Positions 1 to 6,735 are shown, numbered from the stretch's first letter. The stretch: 8,497 nucleotides of DNA from Candidatus Odinarchaeota archaeon (GCA_038826135.1 JAWBON010000049.1:1-8497), one strand, 5' to 3'. Numbers and translations: made by a program. Notes: generated by a model not told the origin, from the sequence alone.

Positions 1-708
1 ATCCGGTGAAGCTGGAACCGCGTCTGGGAGCCATCCGTGGAACGGGACTATTCCTATGTCGGCTCCAAGTCCGGCTACTATAAGAGCTACCGCTAGCAGT
101 GTTAGATTAGGGTTAGCTTGCAACAGCTCCGGTTTATCATATAACCCGTATATCGTGAAGTCCCCTGCCAGGTTGAATAATATTATTATGCCGGCTAAAA
201 ACAGGATGGCGCTGATGGCGGTTATAATCAGGTATTTGAAGGCTGCTTGAAGCGCGAATTTACCATGGCTGTGCGTTACAAGTATCACGGTTACGCCTAT
301 AGTTGTCTCAACTAATATGAATAATACTATTATATCGTAGAATAATACCAGCCCAAGCATCACACTTAATAATAATAGTATGAATATGCTGAAGACTGGT
401 GGTGAAAGCCGGCCCCCTTCTTTTTCAACCGTGAAATTATAAAGCGAGGATAGGAACGCTACTGTCGTGATAGCTAATAGGATTCCTATTGTTGACGGTT
501 TAACCTGGATTGGTAGGATCGGGTGCTGTATTATGCTGGCTTGCAAAGTGACTGACGGTATCATAAGTAGACTGGTTGATAATGTGATAAGTGTGGCGGC
601 TATAAGGAGTATTCTACTGCTTTTAGCCCAGACTAGTTCGAATGGTGTAACTATTAGAGCCGCTACTAGCGGGGTGAAGAAGCAGATGACAGGTAATATT
701 TCAATCAT
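1..708 (-). CDS. Antiporter-like membrane subunit (HyfF/NuoN/MrpD-type; proton-conducting membrane transporter family), 3' end outside the window
   Basis: Not in the ORF track; I translated it by hand. The ATG at 708-706 overlaps the stop of the upstream gene (ATGATTGA, 8-nt overlap), and the frame is open for 236 codons to position 1: MIEILPVICFFTPLVAALIVTPF...LFILVETTIGVTVILV...ALQAAFKYLIITAISAILFLAGI...GLGADIGIVPFHGWLPDAVPASPD. It contains the family signatures TM5 Glu (LVE, E134), 'AAFKY' and 'PFHxWLPDA'. Confidence 0.9.
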   Translation of the reverse strand, partial: MIEILPVICFFTPLVAALIVTPFELVWAKSSRILLIAATLITLSTSLLMIPSVTLQASIIQHPILPIQVKPSTIGILLAITTVAFLSSLYNFTVEKEGGRLSPPVFSIFILLLLSVMLGLVLFYDIIVLFILVETTIGVTVILVTHSHGKFALQAAFKYLIITAISAILFLAGIIILFNLAGDFTIYGLYDKPELLQANPNLTLLAVALIVAGLGADIGIVPFHGWLPDAVPASPD

Positions 709-1381
709 AGTTTACACTCCACTCTGAAACGTTGATAGTCTTATATTTTTTAAGCATTTCAACTATTATGAAAACGGCGATAATATTTACAAGGATTAGA
801 GATGTTAACTCTAATATAATGTAGGGTAAAGGTAAACTTGACAGTAAAGGCGTGAAGGCGTTAATCGCCATGTTTAAGGCTACTATTATTTTAACAGCGT
901 CTCTGTTTAATATCATACCTATCACGCTGTTAATGAAAATCAGTATTGATAAAGGTAGCATTAGAAGCTCTCCTGGTAGTATGCTGGTGTAAAACATGTA
1001 GATTGAGAAACATAGGAAAACTGTGTTGAAGCCTAGTATCGCTGGCAGGGTTTTTTTGAATTCGATAATTGGTGGAATGTAAGATGGACTGGCTGTTTTC
1101 AAAGCTTTACTTATTAGGAAAGAGGCTTTAACAATTCTGATTATTAAGGGTATTACTATAATTGTTACGAGAATCTCTATTACTAGGGCTTCCAGATCGT
1201 ATATTGAAAGCTGGTAGGCTCCGAGTATTATTTGCTGAAGATAATAGACTAAATTTACTAGTATGACTGTTAGAGCTTGAGCGGCCAGTATTTTCACGCT
1301 TTTCATATTATCTTTAACAGTTATACCTGTTATTGTTAGTCCGGCGGCTAATATGTAGAATACGAGTTGTATGATACTCAT
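701..1381 (-). CDS. hyfE: HyfE-like membrane subunit (C-terminal half NuoK/MrpC-like)
   Basis: 226 aa, about 7 hydrophobic segments. It resembles HyfE as recalled: TVKDNMKSVKILAAQAL vs SVKSYRLSCGFYACQSL; IIVIPLII vs VLLVPLIM; C-terminal YKTINVSEW vs HGTLDVNNL. It sits between NuoL/HyfD-like and HyfF-like genes, as in the hyfD-E-F order. Confidence 0.7.
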   Translation of the reverse strand: MSIIQLVFYILAAGLTITGITVKDNMKSVKILAAQALTVILVNLVYYLQQIILGAYQLSIYDLEALVIEILVTIIVIPLIIRIVKASFLISKALKTASPSYIPPIIEFKKTLPAILGFNTVFLCFSIYMFYTSILPGELLMLPLSILIFINSVIGMILNRDAVKIIVALNMAINAFTPLLSSLPLPYIILELTSLILVNIIAVFIIVEMLKKYKTINVSEWSVNYD

Positions 1382-1393
1382 TTTGAATGCGCC

Positions 1394-1436
1394 TTTATAT
1401 TTTATTTGATGTGTTTTTAGTTTCTTGAATTTTTAA
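1394..1436. repeat. Two motifs shared with the spacer upstream of the NuoC-like gene (copy 1)
   Basis: TTTATATTTTATTT at 1394-1407 and CTTGAATTTTTAA at 1424-1436. Exact copies lie at 3904-3917 and 3888-3900. Confidence 0.7.
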
Positions 1437-1442
1437 CGGGAA

Positions 1443-3428
1443 TTATATTATTAACGCGATTAACGTTATTATCAGTGTTCCAGTTAGGAACATTAATACC
1501 GCTTTCAGATAGGGGCCTACATCTAATTTTAACATTTTCCTGCTCAATCTGTCAATTAGGCTTGTGATTTTTTCCAGTGCTTTATCCACATCTAATATGC
1601 GGGCGGTTTTTTTAAGTTTAAGCAGATCCACCAAGTAATAGTAGAATTGCTCTGTATAGGTGGTTTTAATAACGGTTATATCCTCCCCACCTATGAACGG
1701 TTTCTCGGCTTCAACGCTTTTCTTTCTTGTTTTTCTCCGTCTACCGACTAAAACCACGTAGGCTAGCATTCCCGATATGGTTAGAGCTGATGCGCCTATC
1801 GTTATAAAGCTTAGAAAACCGGTTCCGGTGATGATTAAATCAAAGCTTTCCAGTATTGGGAGGGTTAAGCCTGATTGAATTATAGCTGGTTTGATGAAAA
1901 CATCTAATAGAATTGTTGGTGCTACTCCGAATATGAATACCAGTATTGCCACGGTGAAGATGGGTGCAAGCATTATTTTAGAAGGGTCCTTAAATGTTTT
2001 CTTATCGCTTGTTGTATAGGTTGTGGTTAAAAACACGCTATTAAGTATTCTGATCGCGATAACGATGTGGAGGGCGGCTCCTATGAACATAATTATTATG
2101 AAGAAGGGGGAGCCTACGCTTAGAGCCGCGTTTATGATTAGATATTTACCTATGAACTCGCTTAGAAGGGGCATCCCTCCGACTGCTATTACACTTATAA
2201 TCGCTCCGACAGCTGTCAGAGGCATGTACTGGTATAGGTTTCCGATCTCGTTTATATTTGTTTTACCGGTAGCGTATTCAACTGAACCGTATGATAGGAA
2301 TAAGAGGGTTGAAATCAGTGTGTGAGATATTGTATAATATAGGCAGGCGGTTATTCCTAACGGTGTTGAAAGACCAGCGGCTATCAGTATTAGACCTGTC
2401 TCTGAAACTGTTGTGAAGGCGATGATTCTTTTATAATTGTTTTCCAGCATTCCGTAGACTGCGCCTATGATAAGGGTGATTGAACCTATCATCATCACTG
2501 TGAAATTCCAGATTGTGATATCTCCGAATATGAGTGGGAGAGGCATTAGCGGTAGTGCTGCAAGTTGGTGGCTGAAAATATGGAATAGAAATCTTAATAA
2601 TAAGTAGACGCCGACTTGGAAGCCGCATACGTGGAAAACTATTATTGAAGGCGAAGGCGCGGTGGTGCTGTCAGGGAACCATGTGTGGAATGGGATTTGA
2701 TCTGTTTTCGGCATTGCAGCGCATAGTATAAGGGTTGCTCCGACTATTATTAGCGGGGTGCCTGGCGGGAGGATATCTTTTAGAGCTGTTATTTGAGTTG
2801 TGCCTGTGGCGGTTAACATTATTAACGTGAACGTTAAGAGGGCTAGGCCGCCTATATGGGTTAGTATGAGGCTTTTAACAGCAGCTTTCAAGCTTCTTTC
2901 AGTCTGCCCCGGATAGTTTATGAACAGATAGGTGCAGATTGTTACCAACTCTATGCTGAATAGAAGGCCTATAAGATCAGCTGAAAAAACCGCTCCTATT
3001 AAAGCCCCTGTGAAGATAAGGGTGAGCGGGTGGCTTCTATTATAACCTGTTATATTATAAGCATTATTTTCTTGGGAATAATAATTTAAAGTATATATTT
3101 GAAGGGATAGACATATGAAAGTTGATATGAGCGCGGGGATTATTGCTATGTAGTCGATGTATAATCCGAGTTTAATTAAACTTGAGCCTAGAGGGATGGT
3201 AAAATATTCTATGCTAACCGGCGCGGCTTGTATTATTATAGCTAACCATACTAGTATTGCGAGTGTGGCTGTTAAAGCGATTATACTCGTTTTTAACAGA
3301 ATTTTTCTAAGGCTTATCACTTTAGCTAAAAAAAATATTATAAGACCAGTTATAACAGGTAAGAGAATACTAGCCAGCGAGAGTATCTCTGTGAACACGG
3401 TATTCACCTTACCTTGTTTAAAAGTCAT
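1443..3428 (-). CDS. nuoL: NuoL/MrpA/HyfD-type antiporter-like subunit with C-terminal lateral-helix region
   Basis: 661 aa, highly hydrophobic. It has TM5 Glu (FSIELVT, E160), KTDQIPFHTWFPD (KSAQxPxxxWLPD-like, K241), TM8 His (VFHV, H266) followed by GVYLLLR, YKRIIAFTT, SHxLxxxLLFLxxGSV, and GGMPLLSEFIGK (K428). The His in TM8 points to the NuoL/MrpA/HyfD class. The symbol denotes family, not proven complex I orthology. Confidence 0.88.
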   Translation of the reverse strand: MTFKQGKVNTVFTEILSLASILLPVITGLIIFFLAKVISLRKILLKTSIIALTATLAILVWLAIIIQAAPVSIEYFTIPLGSSLIKLGLYIDYIAIIPALISTFICLSLQIYTLNYYSQENNAYNITGYNRSHPLTLIFTGALIGAVFSADLIGLLFSIELVTICTYLFINYPGQTERSLKAAVKSLILTHIGGLALLTFTLIMLTATGTTQITALKDILPPGTPLIIVGATLILCAAMPKTDQIPFHTWFPDSTTAPSPSIIVFHVCGFQVGVYLLLRFLFHIFSHQLAALPLMPLPLIFGDITIWNFTVMMIGSITLIIGAVYGMLENNYKRIIAFTTVSETGLILIAAGLSTPLGITACLYYTISHTLISTLLFLSYGSVEYATGKTNINEIGNLYQYMPLTAVGAIISVIAVGGMPLLSEFIGKYLIINAALSVGSPFFIIIMFIGAALHIVIAIRILNSVFLTTTYTTSDKKTFKDPSKIMLAPIFTVAILVFIFGVAPTILLDVFIKPAIIQSGLTLPILESFDLIITGTGFLSFITIGASALTISGMLAYVVLVGRRRKTRKKSVEAEKPFIGGEDITVIKTTYTEQFYYYLVDLLKLKKTARILDVDKALEKITSLIDRLSRKMLKLDVGPYLKAVLMFLTGTLIITLIALII

Positions 3429-3445
3429 ATTATTTAAATATGACT
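3423..3445. repeat. Perfect 9-bp inverted repeat overlapping the start codon of the NuoL-like gene
   Basis: AGTCATATT (3423-3431), 5-nt loop, AATATGACT (3437-3445). The minus-strand ATG is at 3428-3426. Confidence 0.85.
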
Positions 3446-3451
3446 AGTAAA

Positions 3452-3886
3452 CTATGTTTTACGCTTAAGCATGACCGGTTTATCCGTCGAGTCGTCGGGC
3501 ATTATAATTCTACCCTGTTTTAATCCTTTAAAATTTAAGCCGTACAAGTCTCTGGCTTCTTTTTCAAGGTTTTCAGCCCCTTTCATTATATCTGCTATGC
3601 TTTCCACAGTTAAATCATCACAGGATATTTTTATTTTTAAAGCAGCTAGGACTCCATTATTCTCCAAGTAATAGATTAGCTGAATTGCTCCTTCTAATTC
3701 CACCGGTATAATGGTGATTATACTATTGTAGCCTTGCTGTTTAAAAAATAGGGCGGCTTCTTTTATTTTACCGGGATTTAACTCTACTTCTATATCATTA
3801 TTTTTAAATTTCACATCTATGATCTCACCAGCTCCTATCCGATTTTTCAACAATTCTATTATGCTGGGTTCACTCACTTGTATCAA
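3452..3886 (-). CDS. nuoC: NuoC/EchD-like (complex I 30 kDa family) soluble subunit
   Basis: 144 aa with TTG start (in-frame GTG at 3877 is an alternative). The C-terminal motif VESIADIMKGAENLEKEARDLYGLNFKG...RIIMPDD matches the NuoC pattern vpSi..i...A...ErEa.DlfGi.F.G...RillP.d. The symbol denotes family. Confidence 0.85.
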   Translation of the reverse strand: MIQVSEPSIIELLKNRIGAGEIIDVKFKNNDIEVELNPGKIKEAALFFKQQGYNSIITIIPVELEGAIQLIYYLENNGVLAALKIKISCDDLTVESIADIMKGAENLEKEARDLYGLNFKGLKQGRIIMPDDSTDKPVMLKRKT

Positions 3887-3887
3887 C

Positions 3888-3917
3888 CTTGAATTTTTAA
3901 TTTTTTATATTTTATTT
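3888..3917. repeat. Two motifs shared with the NuoL-like/HyfE-like spacer (copy 2, swapped order)
   Basis: CTTGAATTTTTAA at 3888-3900 and TTTATATTTTATTT at 3904-3917. Confidence 0.7.
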
Positions 3918-3939
3918 TTCCGTGATTTAACTATATTAC

Positions 3940-3954
3940 AGTTTACGTTAAACT
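3940..3954. promoter_or_regulatory. Palindrome, possible transcription-factor operator upstream of the membrane-complex operon
   Basis: AGTTTA-CGT-TAAACT has 6-bp arms and a 3-nt spacer, and lies about 55-70 nt upstream of the NuoC-like start. Confidence 0.3.
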
Positions 3955-4022
3955 ATGCCATTGACAGGGTTTAACCTGGTTGGCGAAGTGTAAAGTTTTT
4001 GATGCATAATATATTGGGTGTT

Positions 4023-6623
4023 TTAGGCGTTTTTTTTATAGAATCTTTTTTTAGCGAATTCAACTGTTGCCAGGTATGCGCCGACTATTAAGATTAAAAC
4101 TATGTAGAATAATATTGGTGGTTCTGTGAATCCGAAGATTTTGCCGAGAGTAGTGTAGGGGAGTATTAGAGCGGTAACTGTTACTATTATACCTGCGAGT
4201 AATAATGGTTTGCTGGGTTTGCTCTTATAGAATGGGCGGCTTGTCCGTATAAAGTATACTACTAGTGTCTGGGTTATCAAGGATTCTGTGAACCATGCTG
4301 TTTGGAAGAGTGCCGGTGTAGCGTTGAATACTAGTAGCATTACGAAGAATGTTATGAAGTCGAATATGGAGCTTATCGGTCCGAAATATAGCATGGCGTT
4401 TTTTATCCGATGCATATCCCATCTTCTAGGTGTTTGAATGAATTCTTTGTCAACGCTGTCTGTCGGTAAGGGTATTTGAGCTGTATCGTATAATAGATTG
4501 TTTAATAGTATTTGCCCTGGTAGCATTGGTAGGAATGGTAGGAAAAGGGATGCTCCTGCTACGCTGAACATGTTTCCGAAGTTGGAGCTTACGCCTATCG
4601 ATATATATTTTAAGGTGTTCGTGAAGGTTTTCCGGCCTTCTATTACACCGTCATGTAGTACTCTTAGCTTTTTTTCAAGTAGGATTAGGTCGGCGGCTTC
4701 TTTAGCAACATCTACAGCGTTATCTACTGATATTCCCACGTCAGCGGTTTTAAGGGATGGAGCGTCGTTTATTCCATCTCCTAGGAATCCCACTACGTGG
4801 CCGTTTGCTTTAAGCGTGGCGATTATGCGCTCTTTGTCAGCGGGTGTTACCCGGCAGAAAATATTGTTTTCCTCCACTATTCTGGAAAGGGCCACACCGT
4901 CGGCTTCGCTCACCTGTTCGCCTACTATTATTCCTTTAATTTCAAGATCTATGTACTCGCAGATTTTTTGAGTTACAAGCTCGTTATCGCCTGTTAGGAT
5001 TTTAAGCTCTATGCCTGCTTCTTTTAACAGTTTTATAGATTCTTTGACTGATTCTTTCGGGGGATCTATGAATGCAACGTATCCTAGGAAAATCATATCA
5101 GTTTCGTCGTTGACCGTGTAGAGTGTTTTACTACTACTGTCCTTCTTATAGCATACGCCTAAGACTCTGAAGCCTTCTTTGCTTAACTCTGTATATTTAT
5201 CCAATATTTTCCTGTTATCTTCATCTGTAAGGTTTTTTATGATACTGTCTTCTTCTATGCGATTACAGATTTTCCGGATTTCTTCGGGTGCTCCTTTCGA
5301 TATTAATATTTTTTCATCGCTTGATTCAACTACTATAGTTATTCTTTTTCTTGTGAAGTCGAACGGTATTTCATCTATTTTCTTATATTCTTGAACTTGG
5401 AGTTCTCTATGTTTCAGTATGGCTTCATCTAGTGGGCTTTTAAGCCCGGTTTGATGCAGGCTATTAAGATACGAGTATAGTAATACTTTTTCATCATCAT
5501 CACCGTCTACGTCGATGTGTTTTACTAGAACTATTTTATTCTCTGTGAGGGTTCCTGTTTTATCAGCGCATAGGATGTTCATGCCGCCGAAGTTTTGTAT
5601 CGCGGCTAGTTTTTTCACGATTACGCCTTTTTTAGCCATTTCTATGGCTCCTGATGTAAGATTTACTGATAGTATCATTGGCAGTAGATCTGGGGTTAAC
5701 CCTACTGCTAAGGCTACTGAGAATATTAACGAGTCTAGTATTCCATGTTTTAGGAGAGCGTTTATGAAGAACACGAATATTATTAATGTGAATGTGACTT
5801 GCAGTAATAGATAGCCGAACCGTCTTAAACCTCGCTGATACTCTGTTTCAGGGGCTTTAGCTGCAAGCCTTGCAGCTATTTTCCCGTATACTGTGTAAGG
5901 CCCTGTTTTAAGAGCTAGCGCTGTGGCTGTTCCGCTGACTACTGATGTGCCTAGGAAGACGGCGTTACTGTATTCCGTGATATTCTTGTAAGCTTTATCC
6001 AGTATTGGTTTCTTCTCCACCGGTATTGATTCACCGGTTAAAGCGGACTGGTTTACGAAGAAGTCTTTAGCGGTTATTACTCTGCTATCGGCTGGGATCA
6101 TGTCTCCGGCTGATAGGAATACTATGTCTCCGGGAACTATCTCTGATAATAGGATTTCTTTTTTAACCTGGTCTCTTAGCACTGTAGCCGTGGTTGTGAC
6201 TTTTTGTTTAAGCAGGGTTGCGGCTTTATCAGCTTTAGCTTCTTGATAATAGTCTAAGGCTACGCTTACACCTATTATCGTGAATATTATTACGGCGTTA
6301 AGTGCTTCACCGAAGAATATTGATATTAACCCTGCTCCAAGCAATATCAATAATATAGGGTTTTTAAAATGAGCTAGAAATTGGAGGATGCTTATTTTTC
6401 TTTTTTTACCTATGAATTCATTATACCCGTATATGTCTAATAGAGCTTCAGCGTTTTCAGAGCTGAGACCCTGCTCTGAAGTGTTTAAATAATAATATGT
6501 TTGCTCAACTGGCTGTGACAGTAATTTATTTATTTCAATTATTTGCTGGGGGTTAACTTCTCGACTGAACTGCTTATTCTTCATTAAACTGGCTCTGTAT
6601 GTTACCCCCGCCAAATCTATCAC
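4023..6623 (-). CDS. mgtA: Magnesium-translocating P-type ATPase (P3B, MgtA/MgtB-like)
   Basis: 866 aa with TGES (NQSALTGES), phosphorylation motif DKTGT (D354, codon 5564-5562), KGAPEE, TGDN and GDGINDAP. It also has MgtA-typical membrane motifs SSNFGNMFS, LLYDTAQ, GPISSIFD and WFTESLITQTLV..IRT. The true start is uncertain: GTG 6623, TTG 6614 (preceded by GGTGA) or ATG 6584. Confidence 0.9.
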   Translation of the reverse strand: MIDLAGVTYRASLMKNKQFSREVNPQQIIEINKLLSQPVEQTYYYLNTSEQGLSSENAEALLDIYGYNEFIGKKRKISILQFLAHFKNPILLILLGAGLISIFFGEALNAVIIFTIIGVSVALDYYQEAKADKAATLLKQKVTTTATVLRDQVKKEILLSEIVPGDIVFLSAGDMIPADSRVITAKDFFVNQSALTGESIPVEKKPILDKAYKNITEYSNAVFLGTSVVSGTATALALKTGPYTVYGKIAARLAAKAPETEYQRGLRRFGYLLLQVTFTLIIFVFFINALLKHGILDSLIFSVALAVGLTPDLLPMILSVNLTSGAIEMAKKGVIVKKLAAIQNFGGMNILCADKTGTLTENKIVLVKHIDVDGDDDEKVLLYSYLNSLHQTGLKSPLDEAILKHRELQVQEYKKIDEIPFDFTRKRITIVVESSDEKILISKGAPEEIRKICNRIEEDSIIKNLTDEDNRKILDKYTELSKEGFRVLGVCYKKDSSSKTLYTVNDETDMIFLGYVAFIDPPKESVKESIKLLKEAGIELKILTGDNELVTQKICEYIDLEIKGIIVGEQVSEADGVALSRIVEENNIFCRVTPADKERIIATLKANGHVVGFLGDGINDAPSLKTADVGISVDNAVDVAKEAADLILLEKKLRVLHDGVIEGRKTFTNTLKYISIGVSSNFGNMFSVAGASLFLPFLPMLPGQILLNNLLYDTAQIPLPTDSVDKEFIQTPRRWDMHRIKNAMLYFGPISSIFDFITFFVMLLVFNATPALFQTAWFTESLITQTLVVYFIRTSRPFYKSKPSKPLLLAGIIVTVTALILPYTTLGKIFGFTEPPILFYIVLILIVGAYLATVEFAKKRFYKKNA

Positions 6624-6655
6624 CCTAGTAATCTATTCTTAAAAAACCAGTTTTC

Positions 6656-6719
6656 TCTTATAAGGATTTATATAAGTATAATAATATATTTTAACCAGCC
6701 CGCTTTAAAGGTTTAAAAT
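6656..6719. promoter_or_regulatory. Divergent mgtA/mscL promoter region with TATA-like boxes
   Basis: Palindromic CTTATAAG (6657-6664) and TTATATAA (6668-6675) could serve mgtA on the minus strand. TTTAAAGG (6704-6711) or TTTAAAAT (6712-6719) could serve mscL. The region is AT-rich, so individual assignments are tentative. Confidence 0.4.
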
Positions 6720-6735
6720 TAAACGGGGATTGGAA

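Noticed and set aside
3430-3437. TTTAAATA in the hairpin loop region as a TATA box for the NuoL-like gene
   Set aside because: It lies only 1-2 nt upstream of the ATG, whereas an archaeal TATA box should be about 25 nt upstream of the transcription start.
1-3886. Calling the operon bona fide NADH dehydrogenase (complex I) or a stand-alone Mrp antiporter
   Set aside because: The HyfE-like subunit and gene order do not fit nuo operons, and the NuoC-like gene does not fit Mrp. The catalytic subunits are outside the window, so only a family-level call is supported.
3940-3978. SurR-type operator (GTT-N3-AAC) upstream of a hydrogenase-like operon
   Set aside because: The spacings observed are GTT-N7-AAC and GTT-N1-AAC, not N3.
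6624-6735. M-box (ykoK) riboswitch or MgtL-type leader peptide upstream of mgtA
   Set aside because: The spacer is only about 110 nt, very AT-rich and shared with the mscL promoter. I see no structured leader or Pro-rich uORF on the minus strand within it.
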